Source: an uncultured Chlorobiaceae bacterium (GTDB lineage Bacteria; Bacteroidota; Ignavibacteria; UBA10030; SZUA-254). Taken from it: a stretch of DNA of 64,000 nt. The notes under the pieces were generated by a model. That model did not search any database and was not told the DNA's origin. It saw only the letters and a program-made list of their open reading frames with translations. This document shows, piece after piece, positions 1 through 9,818 of the stretch; within the stretch, counting starts at the first letter, position 1; each line of letters opens with the position of its first letter. Location of the stretch: NCBI GenBank assembly GCA_964410105.1, contig CAYPFY010000012.1:1-64000 (forward strand), given 5' to 3'. The translations under genes were made by a program, and so were the position numbers.

Positions 1-54
1 TGTTAGGCACGCCGCCAGCGTTCGTCCTGAGCCAGGATCAAACTCTCCGTTGTA
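1..54 (-). rRNA. rrs: 16S ribosomal RNA, 5' end only (gene continues beyond window start)
   Basis: Reverse complement of nt 1-46 reads AGAGTTTGATCCTGGCTCAGGACGAACGCTGGCGGCGTGCCTAACA, the universal 5' end of bacterial 16S rRNA; the mature 5' end lies at about nt 46-54 on the minus strand. Confidence 0.9.
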
Positions 55-396
55 ATTAATACAAATATCAACTTCGAGCCTGATCGTTGGCCATTCCCGT
101 CAGAAATCGACGGGACTGGTTGAATATCTGCAGAGCTGACTTAGAGCTATGCACATCTATTTTCAAAGAACACTTGAGATAAAAATCCCGATCCGGGAGA
201 AGTTCAGGGATCGGAATGGCCACGTGAGTGGGGAAGTAATATACGTACTTTTTTCCTTGATGTCAAGCCATATCCCCGGAAAAAAGTGCCCTCCCAAGTT
301 CTTAGGACTGCGAACGAGGATCCCCCCCCGAAAGCAGACCGAATATCAGAACTCACGCGTTTCCGCTAGAACTGGAAAGAGGATCCCGTCGGGCGA

Positions 397-1560
397 TCAC
401 CCAAGGCCCTTTTCAAGTATCCGATAAACTTCGAGGAGAGGCAACCCGCTAGACTGCGAGATTCTTTTGCATTCCTCAAATTCAGGAACCAGTTTCTCTC
501 TACCGTCATGAACGACCGCCTTCACCTTCACCGTGCCAAATGCTGAATCTATGAGCCGCTCCTCTCTTTTGAGAATAATCCTACTGGCAGGGTGAAAGCG
601 CACGCCGAGTGTGGTCGTTTCCGCGAATATCGTCCTTGCAGCTCCATCCAGCTTGGACTTATCTACCGTGACAGAGAGGACCACCCCTGGGCGTCCCTTT
701 TTCATCACGACTGGGACGAGATAGGCGTCCCTCGCCCCCTGGGACAATAGCTTCTCCATGACAACAGGATAAACCTCGGGGTTCATATCATCGATCGTTG
801 TTTCTATGACGACGATCTCCTCCTGTTGATCCTCGGCGTCGAGGGTACCGAGCATCACGCGCAAAAGGTTTGGCACTCCGGGGATTTCGGCTGTGCCGGC
901 ACCATACCCGATAGACTCTATCGTCATCCGTTCCGCCGAAAGGACGCCGCGAGAGAGAGTCTTAATGATCGCGGCACCCGTCGGCGTCGTTAGTTCAAAG
1001 GGGACATCGGTCAAGACGACGGGATAACTCTTGAGAATCTCGACCGCTGCCGGTGCGGGGATCGGGAGCTGTCCGTGAGCCGCCCCCACAAACCCGCCGC
1101 TCCCCAGTTTGACTGGCGATGAGTAAACCGCATCGACGCCCAATTTCTCGAGGCAGCACGCGACCCCCACGATATCAACGATGGAATCGAGGCCACCGAC
1201 CTCATGAAATGCGACCTCGTCGATCGAGGAATTGTGGACAGACGCTTCGCCTCGTGCAAGCTCCGAGAATATGTTTTTTGCGGTACCTTTGACTCTTGTG
1301 CTCAGACTGCTTCGGTCGATGAGGGCAACGATATCACGGAGATGTCGGTGATGGGCCTGCTTCACCGAGACAATCACGTCAACCTTAGTCGCCTCGATTC
1401 CATGGCGCTGGACGTGAGATGCATCGATTTCCACACCTTCGAGGCGGAGACCCGAGATCGCGCGGCGGAGATCATCGACAGGAAGGCCGGCGCTCAGCAG
1501 AGCTCCCAAGGTCATATCTCCGCTCACTCCGGCGATCGTGTCAAAGTATGCTATTCTCAT
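397..1560 (-). CDS. larC: LarC-family nickel-insertion protein (DUF111/UPF0272)
   Basis: N-terminus MRIAYFDTIAGVSGDM and overall length match the LarC/DUF111 family; 23 nt downstream of the kdtA stop. Confidence 0.7.
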   Translation of the reverse strand: MRIAYFDTIAGVSGDMTLGALLSAGLPVDDLRRAISGLRLEGVEIDASHVQRHGIEATKVDVIVSVKQAHHRHLRDIVALIDRSSLSTRVKGTAKNIFSELARGEASVHNSSIDEVAFHEVGGLDSIVDIVGVACCLEKLGVDAVYSSPVKLGSGGFVGAAHGQLPIPAPAAVEILKSYPVVLTDVPFELTTPTGAAIIKTLSRGVLSAERMTIESIGYGAGTAEIPGVPNLLRVMLGTLDAEDQQEEIVVIETTIDDMNPEVYPVVMEKLLSQGARDAYLVPVVMKKGRPGVVLSVTVDKSKLDGAARTIFAETTTLGVRFHPASRIILKREERLIDSAFGTVKVKAVVHDGREKLVPEFEECKRISQSSGLPLLEVYRILEKGLG

Positions 1561-1583
1561 TTTGACGCTCCTTCTCGGAATTG

Positions 1584-2864
1584 TCAGAGAATTTTTTCAA
1601 AGTAGGCAATAAACCGCTCCGTCGCACCAGTGTTCCTGCGAACCAGCGCCAGAGCATTTGTTCCCAGCCTTCTCCGGAGAGCTTCGTCGGTGAGGAGCTC
1701 CTCGAGGTGGTTCGCGAATGTCCCCGAGTCATTTCCGGTAAGACCGCCTTCTGACTCAACCATCTCCACGGCTTCCTGGGAGTTTTGGTACTTCGGTCCG
1801 AACAGCACCGGGATCCCGTAGGCGGCGGGCTCGAGTACATTATGTACGCCGCCCCTGAAGCTGCCCCCGACAAATGCGAAATGGCCATATTGATAGACCA
1901 CCATGAGAATGCCAACGCTATCGATGAGAATCATCCTTTCCGAACCATACTCATGGAGATCCGAAAACCGGATGCACCGCAGATCGCCGTCAAGCTGGCC
2001 TTCGATACGCTCCAGATTCTCAACGGTGGGTTCATGGGGAACGAGAATGACGATAAACTCCGGGTGGGATCGCATCACCGTCCGGCAGGCAGGGAGGATG
2101 ATCTCCTCATCCTCCTTCCAGCTGCTGCCGATGACGAGAATCTTTCTATTCCTCAGGATTTGGGGATCGATGACGTGCTTGGTACGAGAATCAATGCTTC
2201 TCTGCCAGACCTGATCGTAGCGGGTGTCTCCGATCACGTCGATTGTCGGATGGACTAGGTGGAAGGATTCGTAGGCAGCGCGATCCATTGCGGAGACCGT
2301 AAGGATGTAGTCAATTCCGTTGAAAAGTTTTTGATAGAACTGTCGGGCGATGGGTAGTTTTCTCGATCTCATGCTTCCCAGCGTCGCATTCGCGATAAAC
2401 GTTGGGATTCCCAGACTTTGGAGAGTCCAGAGATGGTTTGGCCACAGATCATACCGGACGATGACCGCCGCGGCCGGCCGAATAAGGTCGACAAACTTCC
2501 GGGCATTTCGAGCGCTGTCAACCGGGATATAGGTGATAATGCTTGCAAGTTTGTAGGACTGAGAATGTTCAAATCCGGAGGGTGAAAAAAAGGAAACGAT
2601 AATCTGAAGCTCCGGTCTTCGCCTCTTCAACTCCGCGATGATCGGTTTAGCCTGTTCAAACTCTCCGAGAGACGATGAATGAAACCAGACCCTTATCCCG
2701 TCAGAGTTGAGCCCCGAAACCTTTATAGCCAGATCGTGGAAAAGCCGTTTTCGCGCCTTGATCCCGCGCCTAGCTTTCCGGTCGAAGATCCCCAACAACC
2801 TGAATCCCGCCCATCCAAGAGGGATGACGACCAGATTATAGAGCAGGCGCCAGAAGAGCATCAC
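1584..2864 (-). CDS. waaA: 3-deoxy-D-manno-octulosonic acid (Kdo) transferase KdtA/WaaA
   Basis: N-terminal membrane anchor followed by the HSSSLGEFEQAKPII block typical of Kdo transferases (GT30); 426 aa. Confidence 0.8.
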   Translation of the reverse strand: MMLFWRLLYNLVVIPLGWAGFRLLGIFDRKARRGIKARKRLFHDLAIKVSGLNSDGIRVWFHSSSLGEFEQAKPIIAELKRRRPELQIIVSFFSPSGFEHSQSYKLASIITYIPVDSARNARKFVDLIRPAAAVIVRYDLWPNHLWTLQSLGIPTFIANATLGSMRSRKLPIARQFYQKLFNGIDYILTVSAMDRAAYESFHLVHPTIDVIGDTRYDQVWQRSIDSRTKHVIDPQILRNRKILVIGSSWKEDEEIILPACRTVMRSHPEFIVILVPHEPTVENLERIEGQLDGDLRCIRFSDLHEYGSERMILIDSVGILMVVYQYGHFAFVGGSFRGGVHNVLEPAAYGIPVLFGPKYQNSQEAVEMVESEGGLTGNDSGTFANHLEELLTDEALRRRLGTNALALVRRNTGATERFIAYFEKIL

Positions 2865-3313
2865 GCCTTCGAGACCGGCAGAATCCTATCGCCGAGACCG
2901 ATGATCCCGCCCTCCAACACCCTGGCAAGCATCCCGCGGCGCCCTGCAAGACCCCGTGATAATCCGGGTCGGAGCTCATCCATTCGATGGCAGGGGGAGC
3001 AGGGCTTCGTGATTTCGAGCACGACCTCCCCTCCAATCCGCAGCTCATCGCCCCGCTGCATGCCGGCAAGCGAGATTCCGCTCGTTGTGATATTCTCCTT
3101 CACGTCGCCGGGTACAAGATCGAGCTGATCAAGCGTCTCGGACTCGATGAGTAGAATCTGTCGGGGACTATCCCTCAGCGCATGGGCATCGCCTTGGAGG
3201 CCGAGATTCACGATCGCGCACGCTTTCTGCACGGGCCGCATCGGCTTCCGGTAGCCCGGGCACAACTGAAGGGACACGACAGAACCGAACGGGCCGGGAT
3301 CCAGAGTCGTCAC
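2861..3313 (-). CDS. MOSC domain-containing protein
   Basis: 150 aa with conserved Cys-containing C-terminal block (KPCSPCHRMD) resembling the MOSC beta-barrel domain; 4-nt overlap with the kdtA start. Confidence 0.5.
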   Translation of the reverse strand: MTTLDPGPFGSVVSLQLCPGYRKPMRPVQKACAIVNLGLQGDAHALRDSPRQILLIESETLDQLDLVPGDVKENITTSGISLAGMQRGDELRIGGEVVLEITKPCSPCHRMDELRPGLSRGLAGRRGMLARVLEGGIIGLGDRILPVSKA

Positions 3314-3322
3314 TGCACAGTA

Positions 3323-4363
3323 TCAGAGAAGTTGCAGTGCGGCATCGAGGACCTTGGAAGGACTGATATCATTCATGCATCGGAAATGTCCCTGGGGGCA
3401 TCGGTGGCGCCCGATGTGGCTACAAGGGCGGCAGGGAAGTTCCGAATCCTCGACAACGATGTGCGTCGTGCCGTAGGGGAAGAACCCGAACTCGCGGACG
3501 GTGGAGCCGAAAATCGCCAGCACCTTGCGCTTGCGCGCTGCGGCAAGGTGCATCATTGCGGTATCGTTCGAAACGATGACATTGCATAGATCCATCGCAG
3601 CGGCTGTTTCAAGCAAGCCAAGCGCGCCCGCGAGGCTCTCAGCGACAGGAGATTCGAGCCGAGCGTTGATCATCTGTGCGATATCCCCACAGTACTCAGC
3701 TTCATCGCGGCTGCCGAAAATGAAAATCTTCGACCGGCGTCGTTGGGCTATTTGCGCACCCACCTCCACAAACCGGTCAGCGGGCCACCTCTTCGTGAAA
3801 TGGCGCGCCCCCGGCCCAAGGCCGATAATGCTATCAAATCGATCGAGCTTATACTTCATCATCATCGTGGTGACGGACGAAATGGTCTGGTCGGGCACAA
3901 AGATTTCAAGCCCCTTGCCGTCGTTCTCGACTCCAAGTCGAGAGACCGATTCGATGTAGCGTTCCGAAACCGGGATGATCTCACGATAAAGGTTCACGTG
4001 AAATCGGATAAGCACGAACCTCCTTAGGGCACGTTTGTTCAGCACAGCGATGCGGCCCGCGCGTGATTTCATGCGCAGATAAAAGCTCCGGATGTTATTC
4101 TGGATATCAATCAGCAGATCATACTTCTCCCGTCGCACGATATCGCACAGCTTCATGAGATCGCCGGGAATTGAGATATGGTATTCGAGCAGCGTCGAGA
4201 GATACGGATTAAAACGCAGAATTTCCGCAAATTCGGATTTAATCAGAAAGTCAATCTGGGAAGTTGGATATTTCGCACGAAGGACTCGTATGAGGGGGGA
4301 GGCGAGGATGATATCGCCGATGGAACTGAATCGAACGATGAGAATTTTGCGTGGCTCACGCAT
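3323..4363 (-). CDS. Glycosyltransferase family 9 (ADP-heptose:LPS heptosyltransferase-like)
   Basis: N-terminus KILIVRFSSIGDIILASPLIRVLRAKYP is the GT9 heptosyltransferase signature; 346 aa; upstream gene of the waaA operon. Confidence 0.7.
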   Translation of the reverse strand: MREPRKILIVRFSSIGDIILASPLIRVLRAKYPTSQIDFLIKSEFAEILRFNPYLSTLLEYHISIPGDLMKLCDIVRREKYDLLIDIQNNIRSFYLRMKSRAGRIAVLNKRALRRFVLIRFHVNLYREIIPVSERYIESVSRLGVENDGKGLEIFVPDQTISSVTTMMMKYKLDRFDSIIGLGPGARHFTKRWPADRFVEVGAQIAQRRRSKIFIFGSRDEAEYCGDIAQMINARLESPVAESLAGALGLLETAAAMDLCNVIVSNDTAMMHLAAARKRKVLAIFGSTVREFGFFPYGTTHIVVEDSELPCRPCSHIGRHRCPQGHFRCMNDISPSKVLDAALQLL

Positions 4364-4557
4364 GAGGTCCCATAAAACGTACTATTTTTTGGATGGAATT
4401 GCAAAATGCTCACATCAGGCTGATTGCAGCGACGGCGTGGATTGGACACGGAATCAGCGAATGCCGCACACGCCCCTGCCTCATCGGGATGAGCGAACAA
4501 AGCGGGCTCGTCTCTCGCGCAAGAACTGGCATGCGGGCGAGCCATCGGCAAGGAGCC

Positions 4558-5097
4558 TCAGTGGCGCTTGGAGGAGAACTGAAGTTCCAGCTCACCTTCG
4601 AAGGCGCTGCGCACCTCAGCATCAAAGAGAACAAAGCGGACATCGTGGAGATATGTAGAATCGAGGAGAAACTCGAGCGTCTCGGTGAGCATGATCTTGG
4701 CGCAGTGGAACACCGAGAACCCTCCAACTCCCGTCCCGAGGGCAGGGATGCTGATCGAAGTCAGTCGCAGGTCCTCGGCCAGCTTGAGCGAACTTAGCGT
4801 GGCAGTTTTTATCAATTCTGCGCTTGTACTAAGGTTCTGACCCATCACGGCGGCATGGATGACATATTTCGATTTTAGAGTTCCCGCACCCGTTGCGACA
4901 GCCCTCCCGACTTCGATCGGACCCAGCGAGATGGCCTCTTCCTCTATAACTCTCCCCCCTTTCCGTTTGATGGCGCCCGCGACACCCCCTCCCATCCAGA
5001 GGAGATTATTGGCGGCATTCACTATCGCATCTGTCGTCTCATCGGTTATATCGCCGTGGATGATCTCGACGGAGCCGTTCCGGACGGTGACACGCAT
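4558..5097 (-). CDS. Macro domain protein (ADP-ribose binding / O-acetyl-ADP-ribose deacetylase-like)
   Basis: GDITDETTDAIVNAANNLLWMGGGVAGAI, KYVIHAAVMG and IPALGTGVGGF motifs of macro domains. Confidence 0.85.
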   Translation of the reverse strand: MRVTVRNGSVEIIHGDITDETTDAIVNAANNLLWMGGGVAGAIKRKGGRVIEEEAISLGPIEVGRAVATGAGTLKSKYVIHAAVMGQNLSTSAELIKTATLSSLKLAEDLRLTSISIPALGTGVGGFSVFHCAKIMLTETLEFLLDSTYLHDVRFVLFDAEVRSAFEGELELQFSSKRH

Positions 5098-5102
5098 AAT
5101 CC

Positions 5103-6731
5103 TCAGGCCGGCAGGGAGATCCGGATAGTTGTTCCCCTTCCGCTCTCCGACTCAACCTCGATCGATCCTTTGTGGTCATCCACAATTTTCTTCACGATGG
5201 CCAATCCTAGCCCCGTTCCATGTTTCTTCCCCGATGTCGCGAAAGGCTGAAAGAGCTTTCCCCTCACGTCGGGGCGGATGCCCGGTCCCGTATCGGAAAA
5301 CTCTATCACCGCCACATGGTCACGCGAGTATGTACGGATCGTCATCGTCCCCCCATCGGGCATGGCCTCCGCGGAGTTGCCCATAATATTATAGAATGCC
5401 CGAGAAAGCTTATCGGCGTCAGCGCGGATTGTTCCGTTGAACTGAAGATCCTTGCGGAGCCGGATCGCTCTGCGTGAAAACTCTGGTTCCATGAGAGTGA
5501 TCTGGCCTTCAACCGTCGAGTTAAGATCGATCGTCCTGATGGTCAGAGCACCGACTCCGCGGGAGAAATCGAGTATTTCCTGTGTCATCGCCACGAAGCG
5601 ATCTACCTCTCGAACCATTTGAGTCGCGAGGGTCGTCACTTCACGGTCCCGTGATTTCCCCTTGATGATTTGGGCGGAGAGGCGAACAATTCCCATGGGG
5701 TTCTTGATATCGTGGATTATTGAACTTGCCATACTTCCCACGGCGGACAGACGTTCGGATTGAATGGTGCGTTGAGCCAGCTGGGCATTCTCGATCGCGA
5801 TCGACGCATGGGCAGAGAGCGCCTCGATGAAGGCCTCGTCCTCGGCAGAGAATACGCCTGCGGTTTTGTTCAGCAGCTGAAACACGCCGATGACAACGCC
5901 ATCCCTGTTCCTCATAGGCATACAGAGAACGGATTTCGTGTGATATCCCGTGGACTGATCGATCTCGGGATTGAACCGGTCATCCCGATACGCATCGGAT
6001 ATGTTGATGGTTTGGTTGATGGCAGCGACAGTGCCTGCGAGGCCTTTGCCGACCGCAAGACGGATTTCAACCGTCGTGGTCCCCTGAAGGACCTTGGACC
6101 AGAGTTCGTGGGTGCGGGGATCGAGCAGGTAAAGGGTCCCCCGATCGGCGCCGACGCTGCGGATCGCGATCTCGAGTATGATCTCGAGCAGGCGGTCGAT
6201 ATCGATAGAGGAATTCACGGCCTTCGATGCTTCGACGAGGGTATGCATTTTCTCGAGCTGGCGGTGGAGTTCCAAAACGTTCGTTTCCTCGTGCTGCGCA
6301 TACGTCAGATTGCTTGCCCTGAGTCGTCTGCTGAGAGTCCCGAGGAGGTTCCGAGTAAAAACGTGGTCTCCGAGTAGCATGGCGTGGAACTCGGGATGCT
6401 TGAGTGTCGCGAATGTACACTCTGATTCCGCTGTTGCTCGGGCTGATCGGCGAAGCCCATCTATCATATCCAGCTCACCGAAGAAGCTCCCCTCATGAAG
6501 GATCCCCAGGGTCAACTGTTTACCGCCGTGGATGGCGTTGGAGATAACGACATCACCGGAGAGAATCAGGAACAGGCGATCGCCGCTGTCTCCCTGCTCG
6601 AAAATCATATCCCCTGATTGATACTTCACCACGTCGAGCGACCCGGAAAGTTGCCGGAGGGAGGCGTGATCGATCCCGGTGAGCAGGGAATTCGCGCGGA
6701 GCTTTTCCAACAATGGCTGCTCGGAGAGCAT
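5103..6731 (-). CDS. Sensor histidine kinase with cyclic-nucleotide-binding and GAF domains
   Basis: cNMP-binding (Crp-like) block, GAF domain, HisKA H-box (SSIIHDIKNP) and HATPase_c C-terminus (GTGLGLAIVKKIV); ORF extends to 6884 but likely starts at MLSEQPLLEKL (6731); 5-nt gap to the macro gene. Confidence 0.75.
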   Translation of the reverse strand: MLSEQPLLEKLRANSLLTGIDHASLRQLSGSLDVVKYQSGDMIFEQGDSGDRLFLILSGDVVISNAIHGGKQLTLGILHEGSFFGELDMIDGLRRSARATAESECTFATLKHPEFHAMLLGDHVFTRNLLGTLSRRLRASNLTYAQHEETNVLELHRQLEKMHTLVEASKAVNSSIDIDRLLEIILEIAIRSVGADRGTLYLLDPRTHELWSKVLQGTTTVEIRLAVGKGLAGTVAAINQTINISDAYRDDRFNPEIDQSTGYHTKSVLCMPMRNRDGVVIGVFQLLNKTAGVFSAEDEAFIEALSAHASIAIENAQLAQRTIQSERLSAVGSMASSIIHDIKNPMGIVRLSAQIIKGKSRDREVTTLATQMVREVDRFVAMTQEILDFSRGVGALTIRTIDLNSTVEGQITLMEPEFSRRAIRLRKDLQFNGTIRADADKLSRAFYNIMGNSAEAMPDGGTMTIRTYSRDHVAVIEFSDTGPGIRPDVRGKLFQPFATSGKKHGTGLGLAIVKKIVDDHKGSIEVESESGRGTTIRISLPA

Positions 6732-6859
6732 GGGGAAAAAATAGGGAAAGCATGAGTGAGAATCAAGGTGAAGTGCTGACCGTAATTCCTTGTTTCCCTT
6801 GCGAATGAGGCTTAAATGCAACAAAGCGGGCAGGGATTCGTATCTAACCTGTGGAAAGC

Positions 6860-8659
6860 ATGAATTCACATAGAACGTATTCATGGCGAGGCGCGATCGC
6901 GTGGAGTCTCACAGTCCTCCTCGGGAGCGGCATTGCCGCGCGGGCGGGTGAGAGGGCTATCATTCAGCTGAGGGATTTATCTCAAGAGGAGGTGAAAAGC
7001 GGAGGATTCACCCTTCCAGAAGATGCGCGGGTTCACATCACCGCAGTGGGAACAGGCGAAGGAGATCTCCCCCTCTCAAGCAGCGGAATGTTTGCATACG
7101 GCTGGATCATCAATGCTGACACCAGGGAAACGGTGTGGAAAATGACGCGTGAAAATACAAGCAGAGAAAAGGGAGACAGAAAATTCGACGGCACAATCGC
7201 ACTGCGAAAAGGCAGTTATGAAGTCTATTTTGCAGCACGCGGCTACGGAGATCACTCTGGTTTTTCCAATTTCAATTTCGACGGCCGGAAAAAGGATTGG
7301 GGCGGAGATAAGGCTAAGAAAAAGGGATTCCTTCAGTGGCTCGAGGAGATTTTCGGAGGGGGCATTTCAAAAGACTGGAAGGACCGTGCAAGACTCTGGG
7401 GCATCGATATAGCGATCGGTGATCCCTCGGGGGTTATACCGATGTTCAGTCCACCGAAGCCGTTTTCGAATGTGCTTTTCCAGGCCACTCGGCTGGGTGA
7501 AAACGAACACGTACGCCAGCGGTTTTCGCTGGAGAAACCGACGGCGGTTCGAATTTACGCTTTGGGCGAGCGCGAGTTCGGGGGAGATCTTGCGGATTAC
7601 GGATGGATCGTTGATGCGAAGACGCGAAGGCGTGTCTGGGAGATGGTGGGAAGCAAGGCTCATCCGGCTGGCGGCGCCGACAAAAACCTTAAGGTGGACG
7701 AAATCGTTGAATTTCCCGCGGGAGAATTCGTCCTCTATTACATTACTGACGATTCCCATTCCTTCATCGATTGGAATGCCCCTCCTCCGGAAGATCCCCT
7801 CAATTACGGTGTCACGTTATTGGCAGGGGACAGGAGCGGAAAGGGAAACTTCAAGCTATCCTCAAATTCAAAGGAAGATCAGAACGTCATCGCGCAATTA
7901 ATCGAAGTGGGAAACGATGAGATGCGTTCGGCGAACTTTGTGCTGAAGGCGGGCGCAACCGTCCGTGTCTACGCCCTTGGGGAACGCTCGAATTCACGCC
8001 ATCAGATGTCAGATTTTGGATGGATAATCAACTCCCAGACGCGCGATAAAGTATGGATGATGGATCTCGATCGCACCGAGCATGCGGGGGGAGCTGACAA
8101 AAACCGCATGATCGATGAAACCGTCAATCTTTCGAAGGGCTCATACACGGTATTCTACCAGTCGGACGATTCTCATGCGTACAATACCTGGAACGCGGCG
8201 CCTCCGTTCGACCCCGAGCACTGGGGCATCACCGTGACGGGGGAGGGGGGAAACTTCGAAATGGGAATTGTGGAAAAGAACTCGTCCCCCACTCCGCGCA
8301 ACCTCATCACCCAGATCGTCCGTGTGGGGAACGGCGCAAATCTGGTCCAGCCATTCACCCTTGACAAGCCGACCCACATCCGCGTCTATGCGCTCGGCGA
8401 GGGCCAGAACCACGAGATGTATGACTATGGATGGATTGAAAACACCTCCGGAGGGGTAGTTTGGGAGATGACATATTCGATGACCTTCCATGCCGGTGGA
8501 GGAAGAAAGAATAGGATGGTTTCGACCACAATCGTCCTGGACAAGGGGAAGTACACCCTCCATTACGTCTCCGACGACTCGCACTCATTTAACCACTGGA
8601 ACGCGGATCCGCCGGATGACCCGACAATGTGGGGCATCACTCTGCTCAGAGAGGAATAG
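6860..8659 (+). CDS. Secreted protein with four tandem ~145-aa internal repeats, unknown family
   Basis: Signal peptide (AWSLTVLLGSGIAARA), then four repeats each containing GWI-N--TR--VW-M ... AGG-DKNR ... SDDSH--WN--PP-DP--WGIT; GGAAAG SD-like sequence upstream of the ATG at 6860. Confidence 0.6.
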   Translation: MNSHRTYSWRGAIAWSLTVLLGSGIAARAGERAIIQLRDLSQEEVKSGGFTLPEDARVHITAVGTGEGDLPLSSSGMFAYGWIINADTRETVWKMTRENTSREKGDRKFDGTIALRKGSYEVYFAARGYGDHSGFSNFNFDGRKKDWGGDKAKKKGFLQWLEEIFGGGISKDWKDRARLWGIDIAIGDPSGVIPMFSPPKPFSNVLFQATRLGENEHVRQRFSLEKPTAVRIYALGEREFGGDLADYGWIVDAKTRRRVWEMVGSKAHPAGGADKNLKVDEIVEFPAGEFVLYYITDDSHSFIDWNAPPPEDPLNYGVTLLAGDRSGKGNFKLSSNSKEDQNVIAQLIEVGNDEMRSANFVLKAGATVRVYALGERSNSRHQMSDFGWIINSQTRDKVWMMDLDRTEHAGGADKNRMIDETVNLSKGSYTVFYQSDDSHAYNTWNAAPPFDPEHWGITVTGEGGNFEMGIVEKNSSPTPRNLITQIVRVGNGANLVQPFTLDKPTHIRVYALGEGQNHEMYDYGWIENTSGGVVWEMTYSMTFHAGGGRKNRMVSTTIVLDKGKYTLHYVSDDSHSFNHWNADPPDDPTMWGITLLREE

Positions 8660-8762
8660 AGAGATCCTAGCAGCCCGGATTTTGGGTCCCATGCCTGACA
8701 GATTGCTTTTCTAGGCAACTATTTCTACATTCGCGCACACACCATTCCTGGCGGAGAATCTG

Positions 8763-9818
8763 ATGGGCTCCATTGACCGACGAAAATTCCTGAAGGCGGC
8801 GGCGCTCGCCGGAGCGGCCGCGGTATCGCACCGTGGACTGGCGTCGACGAGTACCCCATCCTTCTCTGCCAAGCCGGTTGCTATCTCGAGTGCAAACGGA
8901 ACGAAAGCACTTGACAGAGCGATGTCCATGATCAGCGGGGGATCTGACGCGCTCGACGCAGTCATCGCGGGCGTCAATATTGTCGAAGACGATCCGAACG
9001 ACAATTCCGTCGGCTACGGGGGTCTCCCGAACGAGGAAGGCGTCGTCGAACTCGATGCTGCGGTCATGCACGGACCGAGTTATCGGGCTGGGGCGGTCGC
9101 TTCGCTCCGGAACATCAAGAACCCTTCTCAAGTCGCTCGGGTCGTCATGGAGCGCTCGGATCATGTGCTTTTGGTGGGAGAGGGGGCCCTCAGATTTGCA
9201 AAGGCACACGGATTCACCGAGGAAAACCTCCTGACCGATCAGGCGCGAGAGGCATGGCTCAAGTGGAAGGAAAACCTCAGCAATGAGGACGACTGGCTTC
9301 CTCCGCATAAAATAGAAGATGACAATATCGGCCGGCTCATCGAATCCTACATGCGTCACTACGGGACGATACATTGCAGTGCACTGGACACGCGGGGAAA
9401 TCTCTCCTGCGTCACCACAACCAGCGGTCTCGCGTACAAGATCCCTGGACGCGTCGGAGATTCCCCCATCATTGGTGCCGGGCTCTACTGCGACAATGAG
9501 GTGGGCTCGGCCGGGTCGACGGGGCGTGGCGAGGCGAACCTGCTCAATTGCAGCTCCGTCATGATCGTCGAATGGATGCGTCAGAGTAAATCTCCGGAGG
9601 AGGCATGTCTGCTTGCTTGCAAGAGGATAGCGGGGAGGTGTAAGGAAAGGCGGCTCAAGGATACCCAGGGAAGGTTTAAGTTCGACGTAAAATTCTATGC
9701 TATCAATAAACGGGGTGACTACGGCGGCGCGTCAATCTGGAGTGGCGCAAAGTACCTGATCCACGACGGTAGCGGGGTGAAAGTGCTGGATGCCGCATAC
9801 CTTTACAGGCGGGCATGA
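8763..9818 (+). CDS. Tat-signal N4-(beta-N-acetylglucosaminyl)-L-asparaginase / isoaspartyl peptidase (Ntn hydrolase, asparaginase-2 family)
   Basis: Twin-arginine motif DRRKFLKAAALAGAAAV; HGTIHCSALD...TTTSGLAYKIPGRVGDSPIIGAG matches the autoprocessing Thr region of glycosylasparaginases. Confidence 0.8.
   Translation: MGSIDRRKFLKAAALAGAAAVSHRGLASTSTPSFSAKPVAISSANGTKALDRAMSMISGGSDALDAVIAGVNIVEDDPNDNSVGYGGLPNEEGVVELDAAVMHGPSYRAGAVASLRNIKNPSQVARVVMERSDHVLLVGEGALRFAKAHGFTEENLLTDQAREAWLKWKENLSNEDDWLPPHKIEDDNIGRLIESYMRHYGTIHCSALDTRGNLSCVTTTSGLAYKIPGRVGDSPIIGAGLYCDNEVGSAGSTGRGEANLLNCSSVMIVEWMRQSKSPEEACLLACKRIAGRCKERRLKDTQGRFKFDVKFYAINKRGDYGGASIWSGAKYLIHDGSGVKVLDAAYLYRRA

Noticed and set aside
149-427. 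92-aa plus-strand ORF between larC and the 16S rRNA start
   Set aside because: Lies in the presumed rRNA promoter/leader region on the opposite strand, with no RBS or homology. Local hairpins (for example CCCGTC-AGAAATC-GACGGG at 87-105) are more consistent with rRNA leader structure.
6732-6859. Imperfect inverted repeat (TTGTTTCCCTTGC ... GCAACAAAG) in the divergent kinase/repeat-protein promoter region as an operator
   Set aside because: The two arms match only partially and the spacing is irregular. It cannot be distinguished from chance without comparative data.
8667-9374. 235-aa antisense ORF inside the glycosylasparaginase gene
   Set aside because: No family resemblance, Arg-rich composition, and fully contained in a well-supported gene on the opposite strand. 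Similar antisense ORFs (20938-21549, 22277-22801, 45322-45846, 49778-50320, 50233-50757, 12006-12371) are rejected for the same reason.
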